Below are positions 26,006 to 38,047 of a stretch of 64,000 bases of DNA, one piece after another. Below the pieces are notes generated by a model. The model had not been told where the DNA came from and did no database searches. It saw only the letters and a list, made by a program, of their open reading frames with translations. The position numbers and the translations under genes are program-made. Origin of the DNA: Anolis carolinensis (taxonomy: Eukaryota). Every line of letters starts with the position of its first letter. Within the stretch, counting starts at the first letter, position 1. The stretch covers positions 29,320,024-29,384,023 of the forward strand of contig NC_085845.1 of assembly GCF_035594765.1 (NCBI RefSeq), read 5' to 3'.

Positions 26006-27583
26006 CTTAGACTCAGGAGACCAGGGTTTGAGTCAGGTCCATAGCCAGAAAAAAAATTGGGAGGGTTTTAATTCCCCCTATCCCATAACTTTTCAGGTCA
26101 GTGTCTTCTGATTAACAAGGCCCTGAAATTACCATCATTGTGCAAATGTTCTTCACAGGTAATAGGTCCTGAATCATCGCTCCCTCTTTAAGTCAATTGT
26201 TATAGACCACAAAGGACAATAGTTTCCAGAAGTTTCTTTCTGTTTTCTTCTTATTACCTTTATCATGATGACGGGTTACATCAAGATGTTTTCCACTATG
26301 AATTAGCAATAAAATTTCAGCCAAGCTCAAGTTGTTCTGATGGTACTGTACTCTGTTTTTTGGTGTCTATTGAAGACTTAGATTGCATTTTTCAATCACA
26401 CAAAATGGTTTAGCAACACTACTCAGAAAACAGAGGAATTCCAGACATGAATCAGTCAGGGCCAGTTGTCAGGAATTGTGAGAGTTGAAGTCCAAAACAC
26501 CTGGAGGGCCGAAGTTTGCCTATGCCTGGTCTACCCTGCTTGTCTACCCCCTTAGGGCTGCCTTAAGCCAAACATGACTTGAAGGCACACAACAATAACA
26601 CCATCTGTCTATGTTTATATATAGTGTATACACATATATATGTGGAGTTCATTTCCAAAAGGTACCAAATCCTTCTGAACACATTTCCTAGGAATCATGC
26701 CGAGAATGTGCATTCTTTTGTTATAAAATGCAATTTCACAAATCCTGTACTGAGTTGATTTGATTGTTTTCATATGTACATAATATTCCAAGCCTAGTCA
26801 ACAATGGGTTTAATACCTTGTGGAAACAAACTCCAAATATATATGCAAACACACAGGGCATCCCAAAATAGTATATCCCTTTAACAGCTTACAGTAGCCA
26901 TGGTAATGATGTAAAGACTAAGTGAACACATTTATCTTGAAGAGTGAATGTTACAATGATTGAATCAGATTTACAAATTCCCACTTAGCCGTAGAAACCA
27001 TAGAGGAAGGCAAACAAATCTTGCCCATTGTGATAGATAGATAGATCAGGTAATTCGGAAATGAAGTGAAGGCACTCCTCTTTCTAACATTTTGGTATTT
27101 CAATACAACAAATTCCATTGTACACCCATCTCGATACCTAGCAAGAGCTAGATTGACATTGCCATATCTACATATGTATGTTTTAATTTAATTCCAAGAT
27201 GCTGGGAATAGTGGAGTGTTACCTATTTGTTTTTGTTACAAAGCAACATGATAAAGTTTACACTGGTAGATTTTACATGAGTAAATAATTGTTATTACCT
27301 TTTTATCTTGATTGAGACACAAAGTGGCTCACAACATTAAAAAATGTGCTATTATTTTGCAGTGTATACATTTTTGCTGTTTCTCGTAGTAAAACTCTAA
27401 AATATAATTTCAGTGATCACTGAGCTTTTGGAAAGGCTTACAATGTGCTGTCTGCTGGACTGTTTTGTGGACTGTTCTGTGTTACCCATAACACCAGCTA
27501 ATGTGCCCGGCACAGACAATATTAAATATTTGCTAAAAATGTGTTGTTGTTGTTGTTATTTCTCTGTTAAACAGAAGGGAGGG

Positions 27584-27779
27584 ATGTCATTCCGAGGAAG
27601 AGGAGGGGGCAATCGTGGTGGCGGATTCAATCGTGGAGGTGGATTCAACCGAGGTGGAGGCGGTTTCAATAGAGGCGGATTCAGTCGTGGTGGTGGAAGA
27701 GGTGGCTTTGGACGTGGAGGAGGACGAGGAGGCTTCAACAGGGGTGGATATGATCAGGGACCCCCCGAAAGTGTAGTCA
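27584..27779 (+). CDS. GAR1: GAR1 (H/ACA RNP subunit 1) first coding exon, N-terminal GAR/RGG domain
   Basis: MSFRGRGGGNRGGGFNRGG...DQGPPESVV; acceptor AG 27573-74; GTAAGT donor. Confidence 0.97.
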
Positions 27780-27858
27780 GTAAGTGGTATTCACTCCTAA
27801 TCGAATTGGAAGAAAATATTGTTCCATGTTGACTGACTTCATGCTGTCTCTCTTGCAG

Positions 27859-28013
27859 TTCTGGGAGAATTTATGCACCCTTGTGAAGATGATATAGTTT
27901 GCAAATGTATCACTCAAGAAAGCAAAGTGCCTTATTTCAATGCACCAGTCTATTTAGAAAATAAAGAGCAGATTGGGAAAGTGGATGAAATATTCGGACA
28001 GATCAGAGACTTT
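27859..28013 (+). CDS. GAR1: GAR1 coding exon 2 ([16 protein letters not shown]...[24 protein letters not shown])
   Basis: Gar1 core domain; followed by U12-type donor GTATCCTTT. Confidence 0.98.
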
Positions 28014-28981
28014 GTATCCTTTGATTTATTAAACACTTGTATTCCGTCCTATATCATGGGCTCTCAGGATGACGTATAATGTAAGTAGTTTAAAACATTT
28101 TTGGATTAAAATGTTAATAATTTATACAAAATAAAAACATATTAAAGAAATAGTTTAAAACCATTGTAAAAACTGCAGTTTAAATCTATTTGCATGTATA
28201 CTTGAAATAAGTTACTATATATATTCATATATAAGTCAATTTCATGTATAAGTTCAAGACAGGTTTTGGGGCCAAAATCATGGACTTTGATATGACCTGT
28301 GAGTCATTTCAAGGAGAGGGGAAAGATTCTGTCAAGTGATTACTAAATAAATTATTTAGATATAGTACAGGTGCTCTGCTTGGGTAGTTACAGCTCAAAA
28401 AGTCCTTTCCCAATTCTACTCAGAAAAATTATTTATTCTTATCCAAAAAAAAAGGAACCATACTTTTTATTAAAAAGGCAAAAGCCAAGAGCTTAATCAA
28501 TCCTTGGGAAAATCTAAGTAAAGCATGAGCTCCTTCTACTCTTTGAGCTTCAAAGAGCCAATTATGCTTTTTCTACCACTGCCATTTTCCCACCCAGACA
28601 TGCAAAAAGCCGAGAATTGGCTGCAGTGGAAAGAGCAAAGTGAATGAACTTGAACTATTAAGTCCACTGTGTGTGTGAGTCATTACTGTCAAGTGATTAC
28701 TAAATAAGTCAAGAATCCAGGTTATCTGGTTTGAAGTGGATTATATGGTAGTGTAGACTGTATAATCCAGTTCAAAGCAGATAATGTGGATTGTCTGCTT
28801 TGATAATCTGGATTATATGGCAGTGTAGAAGGGGGCCTTAGAACAGACACACTGAAGTCAATGAGACTGTGGCCAGTCATGAGTAATGAGTGTGACTTGG
28901 GCTTTCTGTAAAAGTTAACTTATGCTTATGGAGGAGATATAAAATGCTTTTTCAAATGATTTCCTTAAGCAAATCTAATAG
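28014..28981 (+). other. GAR1: U12-type (minor spliceosome) GT-AG intron of GAR1
   Basis: 5'ss GTATCCTTT; branch-like TTCCTTAAG at 28961-28969, ~12 nt before the AG; no polypyrimidine tract. Confidence 0.88.
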
Positions 28982-29041
28982 TATTTTTCCGTCAAACTGT
29001 CAGACAATATGAAAGCGTCTTCCTTCAAAAAACTACAAAAG
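28982..29041 (+). CDS. GAR1: GAR1 coding exon 3 (YFSVKLSDNMKASSFKKLQK)
   Basis: 60 nt, phase 0-0. Confidence 0.96.
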
Positions 29042-29586
29042 GTAAGATTAAATTTATCTTCAGTAAATAAAGTACATAGCTTTACTTACAATGCTTTTGT
29101 CAACAAGTTTTAATCATGTGCATGAAATTCTTATACACAGAACGTAATTTAAGCATACCCAGTGGCTTCTTGAATGCATATGTAGCAAATAGGGTATTTA
29201 AATATTGCTACTTTAAAAATATGCAATTTCTCTAATGATAGCAGTACTCCAATGTGAGACATGTTTATTTAATAAAAATTGTAGCATCCAATGAACTGTT
29301 CATTGATACTTTGTTCATTAATATGCGTTACTGGTCCTATTTCAGCTAAAATTAAGTCATAAATAAAACAGTAATTCTGTTATGTTCATTGGAATTATAC
29401 TTGCTTAGGATTTCCCCAAGCATCTTATGGAAAATAGTGGAAATTTGTAAACCTTTGGCTAACTTATCACATTTGTTAAACAATGTTTAGTCATACTTAA
29501 CTGAATTACAAATACGTAGTAACATGTTGATCAATTGATTTGTAGTCCACAAAACTCAGGCTACAGTAATAGAAAGAAAATAGTTA

Positions 29587-30415
29587 TAGAATCATAGAGT
29601 TGAAAGAGTCCACAAGGGCCAATCCAGTCCAACCCCCTGCAAAGCAAGAAGACACAATCAAAGCACCCCTGACAGATGGCTATCCAGCCTCTGCTTAAAA
29701 AATCTCCAGAGAAGGAAACTCCATCACACACTGAGGCAGCATATTCCACAGCTGAATAGCTCTTACTGCCAGACTATTCTTCCTAATGTTTAAGTGGAAT
29801 CTCTTTTCCAGCAATTTAAATCAATTGCTCCATTTCCTAGTTCCCAGAGCAGCAGAAAACAAGCCCTTCCCCCTCCTCAGTGTAACATCCTTTTAAATAT
29901 TTAAATATATCTATCCCTTTCTCTCAGCCTTTTTTTTTCAGCCTACCCAGTTTCCTAAGTCATCCCTCATTGGGTTTAGTTTCCAAACTTTTGATCATTA
30001 TGGTTGTTCTCTGGATATGTTCAAGTTGTCAATATCCTTCTTGAACTGGACACAGTATTCCAAGTGATAGCAGAATAGAGTTGGACTATGACTTCCCTCG
30101 GTTTTGATACTATACTCCTATTAATGAAATCTAGAATTGCATTGGCTTTTTAGCTGCTGCATCACACTGTTGACTTATATTCAGCTTGTGATCTACTAAA
30201 ACTCCTAGATCCCTTTCACATGTACTGTTTTCAAGCCAGATGTCACCCATCCGATAGCTGTGCATTTCATTTTTATAGCCAAAGTATTGAAATACAGTTT
30301 ATTTGTTTTGGCCCAGCTCTCTAATCTGTAAAGGTCATTTTGATCTGGTCCTATTAGCTATCCCTTCTGATGTGGTGTCATCTGTAAATTTGATAAGCAT
30401 GCTTTCATCCAAGAT
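29587..30415 (-). mobile_element. CR1 LINE 3' fragment, older
   Basis: reverse complement of the CR1 tail (catagaatcatagagttg) and ORF2 end. Confidence 0.85.
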
Positions 30416-30532
30416 TTACTTCAATAAAACAAGGCTAATTTAATTTGACAGTCTAAAGGTGCAACATGACTATGGGTTTTGCAAATGATATTGAAAGAGT
30501 TGACAAATCCTAATACAAGCTTTCTGTTTCAG

Positions 30533-30671
30533 TTTTACATCGATCCAATGAAATTGCTCCCTCTGCAGAGATTTTTGCCACGGCCTCCTGGAGAGAAAGG
30601 ACCTCCTCGAGGCGGGAGAGGAGGCCGCGGAGGAAGAGGAGGAGGCCGAGGAGGAGGTGGTAGAGGCGGAG
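30533..30671 (+). CDS. GAR1: GAR1 coding exon 4 ([31 protein letters not shown]...)
   Basis: ORF 30479-30748; AG/GT. Confidence 0.97.
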
Positions 30672-30950
30672 GTAGGCAGCCTTCATTCTTGCATGTGTCC
30701 AGAGCAGCCTTTGCCAATCTGATGTTTTCTGAATGCGTTGGACTATAACTCTTGCAATCAGCTTGGGGGATTGTTGAGTTGTCATCAGGTGCCCCTGGAA
30801 GGGTTTTCTAAATCAGGCATGGGCAAACCTCGGCCCTCTAGTAGGCTGTTAGGAATTGTAGGAGTTGATGTAAAAAACATGGTTTCTACCAATATTTTTA
30901 TTTATTACCAAAAAATCTTAACTTGCCTTCCTGCGTTCTCTTATTTCTAG

Positions 30951-31028
30951 GTGGATTTAGGGGTGGCAGAGGCGGTGGAGGGTTCAGAGGAGGACGAGGT
31001 GGTGGAGGTGGTGGCCGAGGATTCAGAG
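30951..31028 (+). CDS. GAR1: GAR1 coding exon 5 (C-terminal GAR domain)
   Basis: GGFRGGRGGGGFRGGRGG...; 78 nt, phase 1-1. Confidence 0.95.
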
Positions 31029-31385
31029 GTAAGCATTTTCATATTAATTTAGCAATATTGATTTTTGAAATTGATAACCTGTAGTATTGTTTTTGTTCTG
31101 AGGAATGTTTAGTACTGTATTCTTTTGCTTATCAATATGGTTCAATTAAGGGAATATTCCAGGAATTCTTTGTAAGTTTATCATGGTATTCTTATCAGTT
31201 GTCGAAGGTAAATTTCTGTTCATAGATGCCGTGTCTGCCAATTTTCTCCCCATTCAACATGCAACCACAGAAGGAAATTGGTTGTATCTGTAATGCCTTC
31301 TTGATTATGTCAAAGCAAAGTGTGTTGCAGAATGACCTTGTGCCCCAAATTCCAGTTAATGTGGTGGGCCAAATAATGAGAAACT

Positions 31386-31525
31386 GAGGACCCTTTCAGA
31401 CAAGCCCTTTATCCCAGGATCTGATCCCAGGTTTTCTGTTTATCCCAGATTATCTGGCAGTGTGGATTCATATAATCCAGTTTAAAGCAGAAAACCTGGG
31501 ATCAGATCCTGGGATAAAGGGCCTC
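31386..31525. mobile_element. Palindromic Harbinger-like MITE in the last GAR1 intron
   Basis: GCCCTTTATCCCAGGATCTGATCCCAGGTTTTCTG arm with its exact inverse. Confidence 0.75.
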
Positions 31526-31699
31526 AGACATTTTTTGCAGGTCATACCCATCACTGTCCTTTGCTAAATTGTCACTAATGATGCAGAAATACTACACACT
31601 ATTTTTGAAGGAACTAGCTGTTAATTATAAGATATTTTGCAAATTTTCCAGATTAGATCTGAAGAATCTAAGTTTTTTTCTTATTTTCTTTCAAATCAG

Positions 31700-31713
31700 G
31701 CAGAGGACGTTAA
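31700..31713 (+). CDS. GAR1: GAR1 last coding exon (GRGR*); candidate polyA signal AATAAA 32148-32153
   Basis: pyrimidine tract plus CAG acceptor, TAA; total CDS 642 nt = 213 aa. Confidence 0.88.
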
Positions 31714-33954
31714 AATAAAACTACATTATGGCTGCATCTTCAAAATACAATGAGAGGATTTCTTACGAACTTGAATGGACAATTTGAAGCATACAGTAAT
31801 TTGAACTATTGCAACTATACTTCATGGATTTCTATTAAGATGGAACAGATTAAGAAGTGCAGCTGCTTATTTTGAAACTACTTGGATCTTACCTTGGGCA
31901 GCTGGATTTAGATGCAATGATATTTTACAACTTTTTTATCAATTTATTTTTATATCAAAAATCTCTTCTTGGTTTTGGGAAATCAGTTAACTTATAAAAA
32001 CAGTTTAAACATTTACGTCATAAAATACAAATGTTTCAGATTAATTTTTTTTGGTCTTTGTGTTTTAGTTATTGTCAGTTTTGATGTGCACCATGAAAAC
32101 ATGTATATCCAAATAACCTGAATATGATTTCAGGACTGCTAATTTGAAATAAATTATAATTTAAACCCTACAATGAATGATAAATGAAAGCTCAGATGTC
32201 TTAAATCAATAGTGTAATGTGGAGCTGAAACTACATTTATTGTGCCATAGTGCAAAGATACACATAATACTGATTGGCAAGCTGTGTGTGTTTTGCTTTG
32301 CATCTGATCCTCTCCCCTGAATAATGCTCTGTCAATACATTGTTTTTTAAATTTAGGAAAAAAACCTGAAGCAGCTTTATTAAGGAAACGAAGAACAATG
32401 TTGATTGATTTGCTGTAATTCAGCGGCCGTCTATTTTGGGAGATTGTTGAGGTATCTGATTTTGTTCTTCAGCTTTCAGAAGGATGGGCACTTAGCATTA
32501 AGGCACATTTGAGGTTTGGTTTTATATAGTATACATAGACAGGGCCGGTTTACCTTACGAGGCCAGTTAAGCTGCCGCCTCGGGCGCCGCCGCTAGGGGG
32601 CGCTGTCGACGCCTCGACAGCGTCCCGTAGCGCCGCCGCTGCCGCCGCGCCAAACTACAAAGCTCTGAAGTGGCTGGGATCCACCAGAGCAGGAGGAAAC
32701 GCGCCCAACCAGACCCTCGGGAGCGCCTTTCCACCCACTTTACAAACCCGAGGAGCGGCTTGAAGGGGCTCTGAGCCCCCCAAAATCTCCCCTTTGGGTT
32801 GGCGGGAGAAGAGGGCTTTGAGAACGAGAGGATCTTCAAGGCGGGGGCCCAGCTCCAAAACAAAGCCGGGAAGGAGATAGATGGGACCTGGAAGAAACCC
32901 TCCCGAGATCCTCCTCCTCCTTCCCTCAGGAGTCTGGCACCACTTGCACAGCGGCGGAAAATGAGGGAAGAAAAGACAGATAGAAAACGTGGGGAGTGGA
33001 GCCAGAAGCGCGCCTGCCTCCGTCCTTCTCCTCTTCCCTGCCTCTCACTTTGGGAGGTTGCGAGGCTCCCAGGCGCTTCCCCCACCTTCCAGCTCCGGAA
33101 AGAGGCTTCCCCGCTGAGGCTGAAGAAAAGGAGAGGCTGAAGGGGGGGAGAGACACGCCAAGCCTGGGGCGCTTCCTTCCTCCTCAGCGCCGCCTCAGCC
33201 CAACTCTGCCTCTTTCGTTCCCTCTCCCTCTTGGTCTCCCCGCCAGTGGAGGGCCGGCGCCTCCTCCCTGCAGCTCCGCAAAGAGAGGCGAAGAGAAGGA
33301 AGGCTCAGGGCTCGGCCGGGCAAAACAAAAACCCCGCGCGCTCCCAAAGAGACGAAGAAAGCGAGGGGAGGGGGACTTGGGGGAGGGGTGCCTGAAGGGG
33401 CGAGGAGGAAAAGCCCGCCTTCCAAAGAAGGTCTGCGAGGAGGAGACCCCCAGGAGACTCCCCTCCCCCAAGGGTCCCCTGTCATGCTCTTTCCACCTAA
33501 AGTGGAACCACAATAAAACCTTCAAACATTCAAGGTGTATAACAAATGCCACATCTACAAACACTGCATACATAGGCAGTAGACCAGAGCTTTCCAAATA
33601 AGTAGTCTCACTTATCCAACACTCGCTTATCCAATGTTCTGGATTATCCAACGCATTTTTGTAGTCAATGTTTTTCAGTACATTGTGATATTTTGGTGCT
33701 AAATTCTTAAATACAGTAGCATTACTGTATATTGAACTACTTTTTCTGTCAAATTTGTTGTATAACATGATGTTTTGGTGCTTAATTTGTAAAATCCTAA
33801 TCTAATTTGATTTTTAATAGGCTTTTCCTTAATCCCTCCTTATTATCCAACATATTCACTTATCCAATGTTCTGCCAGCCCGTTTATGTTGGATAAGTGA
33901 GACTCTACTGTACAGGATTTCACTTTTTTCACAGTTTTATTAGCAAACCAGTTA

Positions 33955-34209
33955 GGAGCCCCAGATGGTGTAGTTGACTAAAGGTTGGCTTGCTGACCTG
34001 AAAGCTGACAGGTTCGAATCCCACCCGGGGAGAGTGCGAATGAGCTCCCTCTATCAGCTCCAGCCCCATGCAGGGACATGAGAGAAGCCTCCCACAAGGA
34101 TGGTAAAAACATCAAAAACATCCAAGCGTCCCCTGGGCAACGTCCTTGCAGACGGCCAATTCTCTCACTCCAGAAGCGACTCAAGTTGCTCCTGACATGA
34201 AAAAAAAAA
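33955..34209 (+). mobile_element. ACASINE-like SINE
   Basis: same family as 13846; polyA; flanking repeat AGCAAACCAG at 33942-33951 / 34210-34219. Confidence 0.85.
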
Positions 34210-35724
34210 AGCAAACCAGAGGTTAACCCTTATAAGAGGTATGGAGAGTAGATTCCTAGTTAACCAGAACCCTCAAGGAACTGGCAAAAAATTGGAAGAA
34301 ATAATACTGTATTGACAGCTGAGCTGCTGAACTTGCTGACCGAAAGGTTGGCGGTTCAAATTCAGGGAGCAGGGTGAGCTCCCACTGTTAGCTTCTGCCA
34401 ACCTAGCAGTTTGAAAACATGCAAATGTGAGTAGATCAATAGGTACCACTCCATGCAGTCATGACGACCACATGACCTTGGAGGCATCTATGTACAACAC
34501 GGGCTTTTCAGCTTAAAAATGAAAATTAGCACCAACCCCTAGATTTGGTCATGACTAGACTTAATTTCAAGGGGAAACCTTTATCTTTAAAGTTTGTCTT
34601 TATTTGTCTTCATTTGTGTTTAATTACTGTATTTCCATAGTAATACCAAGTGAATACAGAGTTTTGGGTTTGGTACAGTACGAGGTATAGTGTTAGGCCT
34701 GTTTTAAAGAGTTACTCTCAAGCAGCCAGAAACTACATTCATTCAACAGCTAATTCGCACGGGTGCTGGTTAACTGAGGATCTACTGTACAATAACTACC
34801 CTATATACTTATGTATAAGTCTAGTACTTTTAGTAAGAAAAATACATCCCAAAAACTTGGGTTGACTTATCCACAGATCAATATGTCCTGTATCTTAATT
34901 CTTACGAAATAAGGAGCCATCAACTTTGAATGGAGTGACAAAAAGTGAAAGCCTAGTCCATCCCAAGATAACCTCAAAGATGCACCAGCCCCTCGAATCT
35001 CTGCACATGCCACCGCTTCTGAATACTTCCCTGGAAAAATGGGGTAGCAGGAGTTTTCCCTTCTCCACAGAAGAACCCTTGACTTATCAACAGGTGATAT
35101 CAAAATTCATAATTTGGGTGCCAAAGCCTGCCCTCACTAAGTTCACTAAATGAAACCAAAAAAACGGATTGTGTCACTTCCAACTGGCCAAAAGATACTT
35201 TCTCTGCTACAGTTATATAAAAAGAAACATTTATAATATCAACATGTATTTCTAGTTTAACTATTACACCTACAGCTACTTATTTTAACCAAAGCCTAAA
35301 GTTCATTCTGGGCTCCATTTATTCTTCATGTACTCAGTTGCCTCTCTCCCTCTTTTCAAGGCTCTTGCGGAATTCTAGCATTTTAACAGCTCCGCGTCTG
35401 GAAAGAGGGAGAAAGAATCGGCGTGAGGCCAGGGCCACCAGACGTTCACAACCCTCGCTTTGTCCTTGTTGTTTTCAGGCTGGACTGGGCTGTGCACGTG
35501 GTCCCAATTATGTTAGGATCTGGTTTGTATCTTTCTTGAAGTCTTGTGAGACTGCAGGAAAAGATAGGCCCAGCTCTGCCCTGTTTGTTTTGAGGGGTTT
35601 TTTAGTGGCTGAAGGCATTCAAAAAGTGGTGCTGTTTTAAGCTATTTCAAGATTTCCTCAATACAGTACCATGTAGTATCTTCCAGGTTGCTTTGAAGCA
35701 AGCTTCATCATACAAATATGGAAT

Positions 35725-36070
35725 CACTGAATCCTAGATTTGGAAGAAACCACGAGGACCAACCAGTCACACTCCCTGCTATGCAGAAAAATACAATCAA
35801 AGCACACATGACAGATAGTCACCCAGCCTCTGACTGACAGGTCGACAGTTCAAAGCCAAGGAGAGTGGTTGAGCTCCCTCTGTCAGCTCCAGCTCCCCAT
35901 GTGGGGACTTGAGAGTAGCCTCCCACAAGGATGGTAAAAACATCAAAACATCCGGGCATCCCCTGGGCAACAACCTTGCAGACCGTCCATTCTTTCACAC
36001 CAGAAGCAACTTTCTCAAGTCGATCCTGACATGGAAAAAACCCAGCCTCTGCTTAAAAACCTCCAGAGAA
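35725..36070 (-). mobile_element. CR1 3' fragment interrupted by a plus-strand SINE (35833-36039)
   Basis: 12-bp TSD ACCCAGCCTCTG at 35821-35832 / 36040-36051. Confidence 0.8.
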
Positions 36071-36395
36071 AGAGTTGTCAAAGGTGAGAGATTCCTTTAT
36101 GAAAAGTCATAAAGGAATTCAGTAACAAACACCCTTGAGACTAAGCTTTCCTGGATATCAATCCAGTGAACGTGGTATGTTCACTGCCAGGGCCGGTTTA
36201 CCTTATGAGGCTGGTTAACCTGCCACCTCGGGTGCACGCCGCTAGGGGGCGCTGTTGACGCCTCGACAGCGCCCCGTAGCGCCGCCGCTGCCACCGTGCC
36301 AAACTGCAAAGCTCTGAAGTTGCTGGACGCAGGCGCAGATCGGCCGGCCGATCCGCACATGCGCCCAGCCATTTAGGGCGACATGGTATGGATAT

Positions 36396-36447
36396 CTCAC
36401 AACCTCTGAGGATGCCTGCCATAGATGTGGGCGAAACGTCAGGAGAG
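36396..36447 (+). ncRNA. Minimal hammerhead ribozyme in a Penelope fragment inside the hAT
   Basis: CUGAGGA 36406-36412, GCCUGC/GUGGGC, GAAAC-GUC 36433-36440, stem I CCU/AGG. Confidence 0.7.
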
Positions 36448-37735
36448 AATACTTCTGGAACATGGCCACACAGCCCGAAAGACATACAACAACCCTAAAG
36501 GGTAAACGTTTTCCCCTGACATTAAGTCCAGTCATGTCTGATTCTGGGGTTTGGTGCTCATCTCCATTTCTAAGCCAAAGAGCCAGCGTTGTCCGTAGAC
36601 TCCTCCAAGGTCATGTGAGATGACTGCATGGAGCGGCGTTACCTTCCCGCTGGAGCAGTACCTATTGATGCACTCAAATTTGCATGTTTTTGAACGTCTG
36701 GGTTGGCAGAAGCTGGGGCTAACAGTGAGGGCTCACTCTGGTCCCCCAATTCAAACCTGCTGCGGCCTTTTGGTCCAGAATTTCAGCAGCTCAGTGCTTT
36801 CACATGCTGTGCCATCAGGGGATATTATTTCTTAAAGGTTGTGAATATACAATATTTCCAATTGTTTTTTTTTGTCTGTTAGAGGCAAGTATGAATGCTG
36901 CAATTAGGAAAAATGATAAGGATGTAATGGCCTTGCAGCTTTACAGCCTGGCTGTTTCCTCTCTAAGTGAATTTTTTGTTGGGAGGTGTTAGCTGGCCCT
37001 GATTGTTTCCTGTCTGGAATTCCCCTGTTTTCAGAGTGGTGTTCTTTGCGATATGGTATGTGCTTCTACCGTCTGTGGCCGTGAGAAAACAGAGGATTTA
37101 CCAGACTTTGATGATGGGAATACTTTGTTGGGAGGTGTTAGCTGGCCCTCTCACGATATATTGAAAACATTGACTACAAAAATGCGTTGGATAATCCTGA
37201 ACATTGGATAAGGGAGTGTTGGATAAGTAAGACTCTACTGTAATTACTACATAGCATTACTACGCATGGAACTACTTTTTCTGTCAAATTTGTTGTCTAA
37301 CATGATGCTGTGGTGCTTAATTTGTAAACTCATAACCTATTTTGATGTTTAATAGGCTTTTTCTTAATCTCTCCTTATTATACAACGTATTCGCTTATCC
37401 AACGTTCTGCTGGCCCATTTATGTTGGATAAGTGAGACTCTACAGTAGAGACTCTACTGTAGAGTCTCTGCTGTACTTAAAAAGTCCTCAAGTATAGCAC
37501 TGCTAGGAATAATGCTCAAATGCTTGGTCCATAACCATGTCTAGCAAGGCTATTCAATGCTAATCACCATTTTTTGATTATCCAATGCTCTGCTGGCCCA
37601 TTTATGTGGGATAAATGAGACTCTACTGTACTTGGATGGAGCTGCAGGCTGTATTTCTGCTGTGTTGTCATAAGCTGAAAGTTGTTCTGCGTCATTCCCC
37701 TTCCTTATATGACGAGTTGGGTTTTTTAGCAGAAA

Positions 37736-38047
37736 ATGTCAAGCAAGAAGAAGCCATCGGGAGCATTTCATCGTAAAAGGAGGTTGCAGCATAGCCAAGA
37801 AGATAAGAGTCAAGCTAAAGCATTGCAAAGGTTTTTCACGACTTCACCATCATGTCAGACAGGAAAGCCAGAGACAACAAAATTGACTGAATCAGATCAT
37901 GCTGATGATGGAAAGATACCAATCTCAGAGCCTCTACCAGGACCATCAACCAGTCAAGACCTTGTCACTGCGACTTCAGCAATACCATTTCCACCTTCCT
38001 GTATTGGCATTACTGGGACTGACACTGAAGATGTGGATTTGTGTTAA
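37736..38047 (+). pseudogene. 5' remnant of a hAT (Tip100/ZMYM1-like) transposase
   Basis: MSSKKKPSGAFHRKRR...KALQRFF N-terminus recalled as typical of this group; no catalytic domain; lies inside the TIR-bounded element. Confidence 0.6.

Noticed and set aside
27556-27738. Proline-rich minus-strand ORFs (also 30510-30785, 30535-30717)
   Set aside because: Antisense shadows of the Gly/Arg-rich GAR1 exons.
25163-31699. Intronic snoRNA in GAR1
   Set aside because: No convincing C/D pair with terminal stem or H/ACA double hairpin seen by eye; an Rfam scan is needed to exclude one fully.
32567-33768. Several long overlapping ORFs (172-201 aa)
   Set aside because: Stop-poor GC-rich DNA inside the hAT; low complexity, no recognisable domain, and they run into MITE sequence.
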